Origin: an uncultured delta proteobacterium
Lineage (GTDB): Bacteria > Myxococcota > Kuafuiibacteriia > Kuafuiibacteriales > Kuafuiibacteriaceae
Assembly: GCA_963803435.1 (NCBI GenBank)
Contig: CAWDML010000005.1
Coordinates: 352,001 to 416,000 of the forward strand
Length of the DNA stretch: 64,000 bases
Direction of reading: 5' to 3'
The notes beneath the pieces are model-generated. The model was not told the origin of the DNA, searched no databases, and saw nothing but the letters and a program-made list of their open reading frames with translations. Position 1 is the first letter of the stretch. Each line of letters starts with the position of its first letter. The position numbers were made by a program, and so were the translations under genes. This document shows, piece by piece, positions 12,818-23,127 of the stretch.

Positions 12818-15800
12818 GCGGCGAGGACTGGATCGACGTCGCCCGGCTTCCGAAGGACGATCGCCGGCGGCGCACCCTCGAGCGGCTGGAGTCTGCCGGC
12901 GTGCCGGAAGCGCGCCGCGTGGCCCGGGAGTACGCCGATCTGCTCGAGCTCCCGATCTTCGCGATCGCCGCCGGACGCGTCACGGCGCATCTGGCCCGCG
13001 CCGGCAGCCCTGCGAGGGCTACCATCGCGCTCGGCGACTCGATCCGCAGCCTCGAGGAGAAGCGCGGCGACGCCTCTCCACTGCTCGTGGAGCCCATCCT
13101 CGCCCTCTCGATCGAGCTCGCCGGATCGAGCGCGCGAGCGGCCCGCCTGATGTCGAGTGATCCGGCCCTCGCGATCGAGCTGGGCACTGCGGTCGATCTC
13201 GTTCGCACGATGGAGACCCCCGACTACGCGGCGACCCTCGCCCGCATCGTGGCGGCCTCGCCGGGCGATACGCCGCGGTTCGATCGACTGATCCGCCGCT
13301 GGCGCAACCGCGAGATGCTTCGCATCGCCCTCCGCGAGCTCCGCAACACGGACGTTCGCCGGACCGCCGCCGAGCTGGCCGATCTCGCCTCCGCCGCGCT
13401 CCAGGCCGCGCTCGATCACCACCGTCCGATCGTCGAGGCCGAGCTGGGAAGCCCCGAACCTGCGTGCCGGCACGTCGTCGTGGGCATGGGAAAGCTCGGC
13501 GGTCGCGAGCTCAACTTCTCTTCGGACATCGATCTCATCTATCTGTACGAGCACGACGAAGGGCGCGCTGGTACGGCCACGCTCCACGAGTACTTCGTCG
13601 AGCTCTTCCGCCGCGTTACCACCTCGATCTCGCACATCACCGAGCACGGGTTCGTGTTCCGCGTCGACCTCGACCTGCGGCCAGAGGGCCGCCCGGGCGC
13701 GCTCGCCAACAGCCTGGCCAGCGCCGAACGCTACTACGAGACCTGGGGCCGCACCTGGGAGCGGGCCGCCTGGATCAAGGCGCGCCCGGTGGCCGGCGAT
13801 CTGGATCTCGGCCCGCGCATCGCCGACTTCATCCGCCCCTTCGTCTACCGCCGCGCCTTCGATCTGAAGGCGATCGAGTCGATCGTCGAGATGAAGTCGA
13901 AGATCGACGCGCAGCGCAAGCGCTCGGGGTTGGGCCCGCGGCTCGACCTGAAGCTGGGCGCAGGCGGGATCCGCGAGATCGAGTTCTTCGTGCAGGCCTA
14001 TCAGCTTCTCCACGGCGGGCACGACCGCCGTCTTCGCCTCCACAACACGCTCGAGGCGCTCCAGGCGCTGGAGGCGGTCGGTCTCGTCAACGCGCGGACG
14101 CGCGCGCTCCTCGCGGACGCCTATCTGCTCCTGAGGAAGGTCGAGCACCGGATCCAGATCGTCGACGACCAGCAGACGCATACACTCCCGGCGGATCCGG
14201 AGGCGCTGGCCCAGCTCGCCCGCTCGCTCGGCTTCGCCTCGCCGGATGTTCTGGCGCTCCACCTGCAGGAGGCGATGGGAGGCGTGCACGAGCAGTTCTC
14301 GAACCTGCTGGGCGCGGCCGAGGAGGAGGAGAACATCCCGGACGAGGTCGATCGGCTCCTCGATGAGGACCTGAGCGAGGAGGTCCGCGTCCCGGTGCTG
14401 GCCGAGCTGGGATCCCGGTCGCCCTACGAGAGCCTCACCGCCCTGCGCGCCGCCACGCGGCTGCCCGGCAGCCCCTTCCACGCCCGCGCCGACGCCCGCG
14501 GGCATCGGGTCGCCCGCGCGCTCCTCGCCGAGTGCCTCGCCAGCCCGGACATCGATCGCGCGCTCGAGCATCTGCCTGCCCTGACGCGCGTGCTGGTCCT
14601 CCACCGCAGCTATCTGGAGCAGCTGGAGCGCCCCACGATCCGCCGCGGCGTGGCCAGAGTGCTCGGAGCGAGCGACCTCCTGGCGCGCATCCTGATCTCG
14701 AACCTCTCGCTGGTCTCCGAGGTCCTGCTGCCCGACTCGCTCCCGACTCGACCGGAGCTCGAGGTCTTCCCCACCAGCACCGCACATCCCGGCGGCGATC
14801 CCGAGGAGGTGCTCTCGATGCTGCGGGCCGAGAAGCAGGAAGAGCTGCTCCGCACCGCGCTGGCGGATCTGGGAGGGGTCCTCTCGACGGCGGAGGTGGA
14901 GGATCGGTTGACGCGCCTGGCCGAGGTCCTGATCGAGGCCGCGTTGGAGCTGGCGCTGCGCGAGACCGAGCTGAAGTACGGAAGGCCGGTGGATCCGGCC
15001 GCGGAGCTCGCGGTGATCGGTGGCGGGACGATCGGTGCCCGCGAGCTTGGTTACCGCAGCGACGTCGATCTCAGCTTCATCTTCCGCGGAGAAGGCGAGA
15101 CCGAGGGCGGCACGCGCGCGGCCATCGGAGTCGGTGAGCTGTACACGCGGGTGGCCCAGCGTCTCATCTCGTTTCTCACGCTGCGCGGGCGCGAGGGGGC
15201 CCTCTACTCCGTCGACATGCGGCTCAGACCGAGCGGGTCCCAGGGCGTGTTGGTCGTGAGCATGCGGAACTTCCAGGCGTATCACGAGAATGACGCACAG
15301 CTCTGGGAGCGGCAGTCGTTGATCCGTTCCCGCACCATCGCCGGGTCGCCCGCGCTCCGCGCCGAGGTGGACCGCGCGATCCACGCGGCCGCGTACGACT
15401 CCGGCCCCGCGGAGGACGCCGCCCGGAAGATCGGCGAGATGCGCGCGCGTCTCGCGGCGGAGCGGTCCGCGAAGAAGCTCCGGCGGGGCGCCGACGCCCT
15501 CGACCTGAAGCTGGGGCGGGGCGGTTTGGTCGAGGTGGAGTTCATGGTCCAGTACCTGCTGATCCAGCACGGCGGTGCGCACCCCGAGGTTCGGACCACC
15601 TCCACACGCACCGCGCTCCGCGCGCTCGCCCGCGCAGGATTCCTGGACCGGGATCAGGCCGTGCAGGTGGCCGAGTCCTACGATCGGCTGCGCAGAGTTC
15701 TGAACTGGCTGCGGATCGCGCACGACGAGAACCTCGATCAGGTGGACCTTTCGGAAGCGGCGCTCAAGAAGCTGGCCCTCGCCGTCGGCTACCAGGGGCG

Positions 15801-15882
15801 CGGAGCCGCCACGCTTCTCCGGCGCGATCTGGAGGCGGATACGGAGCGGATCCACCGGATCTACCTCGCCATTCTGTGCTAG
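12814..15882 (+). CDS. glnE: bifunctional glutamine synthetase adenylyltransferase/deadenylase
   Basis: Two nucleotidyltransferase domains (GMGKLGGRELNFSSDIDL; ELGYRSDVDL), RVDLDLRPEG/VDMRLRPSG, WER, and LKLGAGGIREIEF twice in variant form. Confidence 0.95.
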   Translation: MSGEDWIDVARLPKDDRRRRTLERLESAGVPEARRVAREYADLLELPIFAIAAGRVTAHLARAGSPARATIALGDSIRSLEEKRGDASPLLVEPILALSIELAGSSARAARLMSSDPALAIELGTAVDLVRTMETPDYAATLARIVAASPGDTPRFDRLIRRWRNREMLRIALRELRNTDVRRTAAELADLASAALQAALDHHRPIVEAELGSPEPACRHVVVGMGKLGGRELNFSSDIDLIYLYEHDEGRAGTATLHEYFVELFRRVTTSISHITEHGFVFRVDLDLRPEGRPGALANSLASAERYYETWGRTWERAAWIKARPVAGDLDLGPRIADFIRPFVYRRAFDLKAIESIVEMKSKIDAQRKRSGLGPRLDLKLGAGGIREIEFFVQAYQLLHGGHDRRLRLHNTLEALQALEAVGLVNARTRALLADAYLLLRKVEHRIQIVDDQQTHTLPADPEALAQLARSLGFASPDVLALHLQEAMGGVHEQFSNLLGAAEEEENIPDEVDRLLDEDLSEEVRVPVLAELGSRSPYESLTALRAATRLPGSPFHARADARGHRVARALLAECLASPDIDRALEHLPALTRVLVLHRSYLEQLERPTIRRGVARVLGASDLLARILISNLSLVSEVLLPDSLPTRPELEVFPTSTAHPGGDPEEVLSMLRAEKQEELLRTALADLGGVLSTAEVEDRLTRLAEVLIEAALELALRETELKYGRPVDPAAELAVIGGGTIGARELGYRSDVDLSFIFRGEGETEGGTRAAIGVGELYTRVAQRLISFLTLRGREGALYSVDMRLRPSGSQGVLVVSMRNFQAYHENDAQLWERQSLIRSRTIAGSPALRAEVDRAIHAAAYDSGPAEDAARKIGEMRARLAAERSAKKLRRGADALDLKLGRGGLVEVEFMVQYLLIQHGGAHPEVRTTSTRTALRALARAGFLDRDQAVQVAESYDRLRRVLNWLRIAHDENLDQVDLSEAALKKLALAVGYQGRGAATLLRRDLEADTERIHRIYLAILC

Positions 15883-15894
15883 AGATTCGAGGGC

Positions 15895-18429
15895 GTGACG
15901 AAGTCCGTTCTCATCGTCGAGGACGACAGCTCCCTCGCCGGGCTCCTCCACGAGGTCCTCGACGCGGAGGGCTTCGAGGTCACGATCGGGGCCTCGGTCG
16001 AGTCGGGTGTGAACGCGGACCTGGTGGTGGTGAACGGCTTCGATGCGGTCGAGCGCCTGCGTGCGCTCCCGCGAGGCGACGAGGTGCCGATCATCGTGAT
16101 CGACGGCGACGACCTGTCGGCCGCCGCGCGACAGGAGCAGATCGTGCGCCATCGACTCACCGAGGTCCTCGAGAGACCGCTCGACCTGGACCGATTGATC
16201 GACGCGCTTCACGACGTCTTCAGCAGCGCCTATCCCGAGCCGCGCACGACCGGAGAGCACCGCGTCGCCGTCCTCCCCGAGGTGAGCTCGAACCGAACGC
16301 TCCACGACGTGCCCGACAAGGGCGATCTGGCCGAGGTCCCCTTCGCCACGGTGCTGGGCAAGCTGTTCCGGCGCCGCGCCTCGGGCGCGCTCATGCTGCG
16401 CAAGGCCTCGGTCAAGAAGATCGTCTATCTGACCGAAGGCGTCCCGGTGTTCGTGAAGTCGAATTTGCTCGCCGAATGCCTGGGTCGGATCATGGTCCAG
16501 GAGCGTCTGATCTCGCAGGAGGAGTGCGACGAGTCGCTCCGTCGCAAGAAGCAGGAGAAGCGGCGCCAGGGCGACATCCTGATCCAGATGGGGAGCATCT
16601 CCCCACACAACCTCAACTTCGCGCTCGAGCTACAGATGCAGGTGAAGCTGTTCGACATGTTCTCCTGGCTCGAGGGTCGCTACCAGTTCAACGATCGCGC
16701 CGACTACAACGCGACGCAGATCGTCCTGCCGATGGCGCCGAGCGCGATGATCTACGAGGGCGCTTCCCGGGCGATGTCCAACGACCGGATCGCCCGCGAG
16801 CTGGCACGGATGGCGGACGCCAAGCTGATCCCCTCCGCGGATCCCACGTTCCGCTACCAGACGCTCCAGCTGGAGCCGCGGGCTGAGTCGCTGATCGAGG
16901 CCATGGACGGCACGCGCTCCGTCCGCGGGCTGCTCGACATCGCCGACTTCGAGCGCGCCGAGGCCGCGCTCCTCCTCTATGCGCTTTGCTGTGTCGGCCT
17001 CCTCGAGCCCACCGGAGAGGCGGTCTCGGGCTCGCATCCGATCGCGCTCGACGAGGGCGACGTGGAGATCCTCTCCACAGGCGAGATCAACGCGATCGCC
17101 GCGCTCGGTCGCGTCGACGAGCTGCCGCTGGGCTCGGAGCCGAACTGGGACCGGCTGGCCGCGCTGATCGATGCGTCGGCGGAGGAGGCGCTCGACCCTG
17201 CGACCGAACCTCCGGAGCCCTCCCCGCTGCCGTACGAGCCCGACCTCGATCGCTGGACCGGCCCGTCCCCGTCGATCCTGTTCCCGGAGGACGAGGACGA
17301 CGGCGTGGAGGATCCGCTGGAAGGCGCGACCGAAGAGGCGTTCAGCACCGACGATGTCCTGGCCCAGCCTTCGATCGACGAGGTCGGCGACACCTTCGAG
17401 TCCGATCCCGCTCTCCCGGAGCCTTCGCTTCGGCTGAAGCGCGGCGTGCTCGCGCGCGGGACCTCGCTCCCGCGTTCGCCGCGGTGGACGCCGAAGGCGC
17501 AGGCGCCCGAACCCCCGCTCGACGGCGCCAACGGATCGTCACCGCCGCTGTCGGAGGCGCTGCGCCGCCAGGTCCGGGAGCGCCTCGAGGCGCACGTCGC
17601 CCGGATCGCGGAGGCGCGGGCGTCCGAACGTCCCCGACCCGCGTCGCCGACCACGAAGAAGTTCCCGACCAAGCCGTCCGCGACCAGCACCTACCGCCTC
17701 CGCGCCGCCCCCAAGGACCAGGAGAAGGAGAAGAAGCTGGAAGCGGAGCTGACGGACCGGCTCGAGCTGATGGAGCGACAGACCTACTACGAGCTCCTCG
17801 AGGTCGCCGACGACGCCCGGGTCGAGCTCATCCGCACGGCCTACCACGCGCTGGCCCGCAAGCACGAGCCCGAGCGCATCGTTGGCGCCAGCACCTCTCG
17901 GTTGGTGCACAAGACCGCGGAGCAGATCTATCTGCTGCTGACGCGTGCGCTCAACACGCTCACGAACGAGGAGGCGCGGGCCGAGTACGATCTCCGGATC
18001 GGCCTGCGGCACCTGCGACAGGCGGACCTGATCGCGGCGGAGAGCGCATTCGAGCTGGGGATCGCGGCCGTCTCGCGGGATGACTGGCGCGCCGCGCGCG
18101 AGCTGTTCGAACGCGCCGTCCGCCTCAACCGGGACGAGGGGGTCTACCTCGCGCATCTGGCCCGGGCTCTCCACAAGAACGGCGGTCCCGAGGAGCGATC
18201 GATCGAGCTGCTCGATCGCGCCGCCGAGCTGAGCCCGCGCGCCGACGACGTCCACCTGTTCAAGGGACAGCTCCACGAGCAGGCCGGCCGCAAGGCCGAG
18301 GCCGTCCTCGCGTACCAGCGCGCCGTCGCCTGCAACCCGGATTGCGTCCCTGCCCTCGAGGCGCTGCGGGTGCTCGACCCGCCGAGCCACAAGAAGAGCG
18401 GTCTGTTGTCTCGCTTGAACTTGAGCTAG
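15895..18429 (+). CDS. pseudo-receiver / DUF4388-type / J-like domain / TPR protein
   Basis: VLIVEDD receiver-like N-terminus, GDLAEVPF..SGAL..FDMFSWLEGRYQF (DUF4388-type), TYYELLEV..IRTAYHALARKHEPE (J-like) and C-terminal TPRs. Confidence 0.8.
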   Translation: MTKSVLIVEDDSSLAGLLHEVLDAEGFEVTIGASVESGVNADLVVVNGFDAVERLRALPRGDEVPIIVIDGDDLSAAARQEQIVRHRLTEVLERPLDLDRLIDALHDVFSSAYPEPRTTGEHRVAVLPEVSSNRTLHDVPDKGDLAEVPFATVLGKLFRRRASGALMLRKASVKKIVYLTEGVPVFVKSNLLAECLGRIMVQERLISQEECDESLRRKKQEKRRQGDILIQMGSISPHNLNFALELQMQVKLFDMFSWLEGRYQFNDRADYNATQIVLPMAPSAMIYEGASRAMSNDRIARELARMADAKLIPSADPTFRYQTLQLEPRAESLIEAMDGTRSVRGLLDIADFERAEAALLLYALCCVGLLEPTGEAVSGSHPIALDEGDVEILSTGEINAIAALGRVDELPLGSEPNWDRLAALIDASAEEALDPATEPPEPSPLPYEPDLDRWTGPSPSILFPEDEDDGVEDPLEGATEEAFSTDDVLAQPSIDEVGDTFESDPALPEPSLRLKRGVLARGTSLPRSPRWTPKAQAPEPPLDGANGSSPPLSEALRRQVRERLEAHVARIAEARASERPRPASPTTKKFPTKPSATSTYRLRAAPKDQEKEKKLEAELTDRLELMERQTYYELLEVADDARVELIRTAYHALARKHEPERIVGASTSRLVHKTAEQIYLLLTRALNTLTNEEARAEYDLRIGLRHLRQADLIAAESAFELGIAAVSRDDWRAARELFERAVRLNRDEGVYLAHLARALHKNGGPEERSIELLDRAAELSPRADDVHLFKGQLHEQAGRKAEAVLAYQRAVACNPDCVPALEALRVLDPPSHKKSGLLSRLNLS

Positions 18430-18502
18430 GAGCGTGTAGCGCGTAGCGCTACCGCGAGCCCGGTCCGGGTCCCGGTCCCGATGGCGATCATGCAGCCCGG
18501 CG

Positions 18503-18818
18503 TGCCCACATCGCTGTTGGACGCGAACAGAACCAAGACGCGTCGACTCCGTCCTCATCAGCTTCGGAGCCCACACCTGCCTCGCTCGCTCGCAAGCGAA
18601 TGCGAGACAAGTTGCAAACGCGCGACGGCAAGGCGGTCTACGCCCGCAGGAAGAGTATCGTCGAACCGGCGCTCGGACAGATCAAAGGGGCACGAGGATT
18701 CCGCCGGTTCTCGCTCCGCTCCTTCTTCAAGGTACGAGCCGAGGGGACGCTCGTCTGCCTCACCCACAACCTGCTCAAGCTCTACCGATCGAAGCTCGCG
18801 ACCGTCGCGAGCGTCTGA
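18503..18818 (+). pseudogene. IS1182-family transposase C-terminal fragment
   Basis: Encodes GKAVYARRKSIVEPALGQIK...GFRRFSLR...HNLLKL. Near-identical to the reverse complement of 31736-31924. Confidence 0.88.
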
Positions 18819-18840
18819 CTCAAGGCAGCCATCTTCAGAT

Positions 18841-18875
18841 CGGGACCCGGACCGGGACCGGGACCCGGACCGGGG
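18841..18875. repeat. GGGACC/CGGACC hexamer array (subterminal)
   Basis: CGGGACCCGGACCGGGACCGGGACCCGGACCGGGG, with an inverted counterpart at ~18459-18480. Confidence 0.85.
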
Positions 18876-18908
18876 TCGCGTGAGCGCTTACGCGCTACAC
18901 GCTCCTAG

Positions 18909-19295
18909 CTAGCGCCGGGGCTCGGGCGGCTTGGTGGCGTCGCCGAGCTCGAGGAGCCACTGGCGGATGCGGCGCTCGTCGCCGGGGGCGAACTGCTCGA
19001 ACGCCGCGCCCACGCGATAGAGGCCGTTGTCGCGTTGCTCTTGCCAGACCATTCGCGCGCTCACCTTGAGGATCTCGACCTCTTTGCCGCGCGGGATGTA
19101 CAGGAGCACGCGGAAGCGCTCGTTCTCTTCGAGCGTCTCACCGATCTCGAAGCAGATGCCGCTCGGGCTCATGTTGACGCTCGAGCTGGCGAGGCCTTCC
19201 TGGAACCGCTCGACCTCGACACGGATCTCCACACGCTTTCGGAGAAAACGTTTGTGGAATGGATACTGCTCTTTCTTTTCGTCGGTCGAGTCCAT
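18909..19295 (-). CDS. PilZ-domain protein
   Basis: KRFLRKR and NMSPSG motifs (RxxxR / D/NxSxxG-like), ARMVW and VGAAF. Confidence 0.85.
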   Translation of the reverse strand: MDSTDEKKEQYPFHKRFLRKRVEIRVEVERFQEGLASSSVNMSPSGICFEIGETLEENERFRVLLYIPRGKEVEILKVSARMVWQEQRDNGLYRVGAAFEQFAPGDERRIRQWLLELGDATKPPEPRR

Positions 19296-19367
19296 GTTCC
19301 CCGCTGTGAAGGATGGCGCATCCTATTGCTGAGCGAACAAGAGATTCAAGCTGGGGTTTCGCCACAA

Positions 19368-19928
19368 TCAACGCAGCAGGGCGCGGGCCAAACCTGCACC
19401 CACCAGAACGGCGCCTGCGGCATGCATGAACAGATGCACCGCATCACTCGCTGGACATTCGAGCCCCACCGCCAGCGCCGCTGTCGACGCGCACGCGACC
19501 GCCTGAAGCTGTGTGGCACCGCCGAACCGGCGCCGCGTCCGACCCAGGATCATGCGTGCGCTCACCAGTGCGACCAGACCGATTCCGGCGAGCGTGAGGC
19601 CACAGCCGACGCCCGAGAGGTGCGGCTCGATCGAGGTGGCACCGAGAAGGGGGGAGAGGAACGCCAGCACGCCGAGCGCGGCCGCAGCAGCCGGTGCGAG
19701 CCGGAGATGGGCGGAGGCCGAGGCGGAGATCCCGAGCAACGCGAAGCCGAGGGCGACCGTGAGCGCGAGGACGTCCTGGGGCCCGAGCGAAGCTCGAAAC
19801 CCTTTCACGGGGATCAGGGAGAGGGCGAGCCCCGCGAACAGCGCCAGCAGGACGATGCTTCGCTGGGCCCGCGACCGCGACTCCTGCGCGAGATCGGATC
19901 GAATCTGATCAGCGACCTCCATGCTCAT
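19368..19928 (-). CDS. membrane anti-sigma factor (NrsF/DUF1109-like)
   Basis: Multiple TM helices and a C-terminal LECPASDAVHLFMH motif. Its ATG overlaps the sigma-factor stop. Confidence 0.7.
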   Translation of the reverse strand: MSMEVADQIRSDLAQESRSRAQRSIVLLALFAGLALSLIPVKGFRASLGPQDVLALTVALGFALLGISASASAHLRLAPAAAAALGVLAFLSPLLGATSIEPHLSGVGCGLTLAGIGLVALVSARMILGRTRRRFGGATQLQAVACASTAALAVGLECPASDAVHLFMHAAGAVLVGAGLARALLR

Positions 19929-20494
19929 GATCTTTCCGATCGGAACCCGAGGAGCAACCGGGCCAGCGCCTTGTAGCCGCGGTGCGCGCGGACCCGGGCC
20001 GCGCCTTCTTTGATCCCGAGGACTTCGGCCACCTCCGACATCGGACGACCCTCGAGCTTGTGCAGTCGGATCACATCCCGCGACGAGGTCGGCAGCGCCT
20101 CGATCGCCTGGCGCACGGCCTGGATCACCTCGCGCTCGTCCTCCTCCCGCCAATCGAAGGCCGGCTTGTCGTCCGCGATTCGCGCCGCCTGCTCGTCCTC
20201 CAGCGGGCGCTCCTGTGCCGCGCGCGAGCGGAGATGGTCGAGGGCCACGTTGCGCGCGATCGTCATGACCCAGGGAAGCACCGGCGCACCTCTTCGGTAC
20301 CGCTGGCGCGACGCGTGTATCTTCAGCAGCGACACTTGCAAGGCGTCTTGCACCTTGTCGTCGGTCTTGAGCCAGCGCCGGAGGTTGGAGGTGAGCGCCG
20401 GCCTGAGCAAGCCGTAGAGGGTGTCGAACGCGGCGCGATCACCGTCCGCGTACCGCTCCATCAAGAGCTCGAGCGATTCCGCCGAGTCCGCCAC
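19925..20494 (-). CDS. ECF RNA polymerase sigma factor
   Basis: GDRAAFDTLY, PWVMTIARNVALDHLR (region 2) and EVAEVLGIKEGAARVRAHRG (region 4). Confidence 0.93.
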   Translation of the reverse strand: MADSAESLELLMERYADGDRAAFDTLYGLLRPALTSNLRRWLKTDDKVQDALQVSLLKIHASRQRYRRGAPVLPWVMTIARNVALDHLRSRAAQERPLEDEQAARIADDKPAFDWREEDEREVIQAVRQAIEALPTSSRDVIRLHKLEGRPMSEVAEVLGIKEGAARVRAHRGYKALARLLLGFRSERS

Positions 20495-20528
20495 GTTGGA
20501 GCGAGCGTCCTCGCCTCATGTGTTTTGG

Positions 20529-22450
20529 TCAAGCGCCGCCGATTCCCTTGAGCGACCGGAATAGCGACTTCGGCCGGCGGAGGAAGCGGATGTGATACGA
20601 GATCGAGTGGCGCCCTTCACCGAGGATCACGGTGGCGACATCGCGGACCTCCAGGCGGAGGCAGCTGTACTTCCGTCCCTCCGCGAGCTCGGCGAACATC
20701 ACGGTGGCGCTGCCCCGGACCAAATGACCGGCGACGTCCTGCGGAAAAACCAGATCGACCGTCTGGTCCTCATTGATCCGAAGCAGCCGGAGCCCCACGT
20801 GAGCCTTCGCAGGCGCCACGCTCCCCTGAGGCGTGGGATGCCCGAGGATGAACTGGTCGCCAGCCTTCCGCAGCACGGCGATGTCCGCCAGGCGACCGCC
20901 GATGCGGCACGCGATCTCGATCCCGTCGTAGTGCTCGGACTTCGCCGGCGGATCCATCCCGCTGGTCGCCGCGACGGTCTCCTCCTCGTCGGAGTGGATC
21001 GGCTCCTGCTTCGTAGGCGGAGGCAGCGGCGGCGGCTTCTTCTCGGTGATGCGCTTGAACTCGTCGAGCGCCTCCGCGTGATCCTCGATCTTGCTCGCCC
21101 ACACGTCGTCGTAGCCGGAGTTGTCGAACGAGTCGGAGACCTCTTTGTTCGGCGTGATCGCGACGGGCGGCGGGGGCGTGGGTACCGCGGTGACCTGTGC
21201 GCGCATCTCCGTCGGCGTCAAGAGCACCGCCTCGTGCCGCTCCCCGCTGTGGGACACCGGGCGGACGGTCATCGGGTCCCGCTCGGGCGAAGCCCGAGAC
21301 ACCCGACTCCGCTCGCTGCGCTCGCTGCGCGCTTCGCTTGGCGGGGGGTCGACGGCGGTCATCGGGACGGACGGGATCACCGGGGGTTGGGCGCGGTGCT
21401 TCTTCTCGGCCTCCTGCGTGGAGGCTTCAGGGTCGAAGGACTTGCGGTCCTTGGCGGTGGAGCGGCGCCGGGCGTCCAGGGAGATCACGTTGGCTTGCTG
21501 TCGCCGCTCGATCATCTGCCCGTCGACGGCCAGTGACGAGGCGAGATCGCGGGCGAACTCGCAGGTGGGGTTGAGCTCGTCGTCGCCGGCGTTGCGGTCT
21601 TCGAGCACCCTGGCGGGCAGCTCGGACTCGGGATCGCGCCAGGGCACCTGCGACATGCGGCGACCCATCTGCTTGGCGTCGAGGGCGGCGATCAGCTCGT
21701 CGAGATCGCGCAGTCGCGCCTCGACAGCGGGATCGAGCGTGACAGAGGGGTGCTTCGGCTCGAGGATCTCGGGCTCGGGTCCGTCGAGCGAGAGCTCGCA
21801 GGCCGCCATGAGCGTCGAGTCTTCGAGCGTCTCGCCTCGGCCGAGCTCGGGGAGGATGGGCGCCACCTCTTTGCTCTTGGGGCGCTTGGGAGCCTCGGCC
21901 CCGGTCTTCCGGCGGATCGCCTCCTGATAGAGGCGCTGGTCGAGACCGGCCGCCAGGTCGATACCGGCCTCCTTGCCGCCGCCCCCGGTGAGGTCGATCG
22001 AGAGGACCGCTTCGATGCGCGTGTCAATCTCCGCCTGTCGCGGATCCACCGTGCTCTTCGGCTCCGCGTCGAGGAGTCGAGGCTTCAGGGTGTAGCTCCC
22101 GATGTGGATCGCGTCCGTGGCCTCGACCGCCATGCGGCCCTTCACGCGGATGCGGTTGACGAACGTGCCGTTGGCGCTGCCGAGGAATCCTCGACGAACA
22201 GCTCGCCCTCCTCGACGAGGAGACGGCAGTGGTGGCGGGAGATGGTGTCGCCGTCGAGCCTCAGCTGGACTCGGGGATGCCGGCCGACCGTGACGGGCCC
22301 GGCGAGATCGAACAGCTCGCAGCCGAGGTACGTCTCCACCCGGAACAGAAAGACCTGCATCGCGGCGGCCTTGGGCGCCGCCACCGAGGGGTCGCGTTTG
22401 TAGCGGCGCGCGCGCCGGATCGATCTGGTCGCAATGCTCTTCGTTCTCAT
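20529..22450 (-). CDS. FHA-domain protein with long low-complexity linker, apparent frameshift at ~22186
   Basis: FHA motifs VGRH and ISRHH in ORF 22142..22471. Removing 2 nt restores EDLGSANGTFVN and joins ORF 20529..22145. Confidence 0.8.
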
Positions 22451-22620
22451 GACCCCGACTTCACGATCCACACAGCCGCGATTCGGGCCCCCAACCCGAC
22501 CCTTTCGTTATCGACGAAATGTAGGACACGGTGCGTGCTTTGAGAGAGGGTGGAGACCCCCCCACGTCCCCCTATCGTACGTTTCCGGGCTCCCCGTCTT
22601 CCCATACAGTCTCGCCGGCC

Positions 22621-23127
22621 ATGACCGCCGCCGCCGACGTCCAGAGCCCGGGCGCCCAAACCTTTCGGGACCGCCTCAGCCGTCCTCGCCTGTTCCAGGC
22701 GTTCATGGCCGCCAAGATGCCGCTCGGCGCCCTGGCCGGCCTCCGCATCGAGACCCTCGACGGGTACAAGTGCGCCGTCAGCGTCCCCTACTCGTGGCGT
22801 ACGAAGAACCCGTTCGGCTCCATCTACTTCGCCGCCTTGGCGATGGCGGCCGAGCTGTGCTGCGCCGGCCTGGCGCTGATGGCGGCCCGCGCCCCCGCCG
22901 AGAAGGTCGCGGTCTATCCTGTCGGGATCAAGGGCGACTTCCTCAAGCAGGCCCGCGCCAAGACCATCTTCACCTGCACCCAGGGGCCGGAGCTCTTCGA
23001 GGGCGTGCGGCGTGCCGTCGAGACCAAAGCGCCGGTCACAATCGTGACGAACGCGATCGGACAGACGGAGGCCGGGCTCGTCGTCGCGCGCTTCGAGCTC
23101 ACCTGGTCGTACAAGAGCAAGGCATGA
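22621..23127 (+). CDS. hotdog-fold thioesterase-like protein (DUF4442/PaaI-like)
   Basis: NPFGSIYFAALAMAAE and FLKQAR motifs. ATG at 22621. Confidence 0.8.
   Translation: MTAAADVQSPGAQTFRDRLSRPRLFQAFMAAKMPLGALAGLRIETLDGYKCAVSVPYSWRTKNPFGSIYFAALAMAAELCCAGLALMAARAPAEKVAVYPVGIKGDFLKQARAKTIFTCTQGPELFEGVRRAVETKAPVTIVTNAIGQTEAGLVVARFELTWSYKSKA

Larger units (their letters stand above)
18430..18904 (+). mobile_element. non-autonomous (MITE-like) internally deleted copy of the IS1182-family element
   Basis: Flanked by CTAG at 18426-18429 and 18905-18908. TIR GAGCGTGTAGCGCGTA. Both ends are near-identical to the ends of the element at 31650-33670. Confidence 0.9.

Noticed and set aside
12613-16608. 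1331-aa minus-strand ORF, and similar giant shadow ORFs (56461..61311 +, 51129..53933 +, 61052..63484 -)
   Set aside because: Antisense to well-supported genes and without motifs. Typical stop-poor shadow frames of high-GC DNA.
18841-18875. Hexamer arrays and the 15-bp repeat as possible CRISPR arrays
   Set aside because: No unique spacers, units too short and no cas genes.
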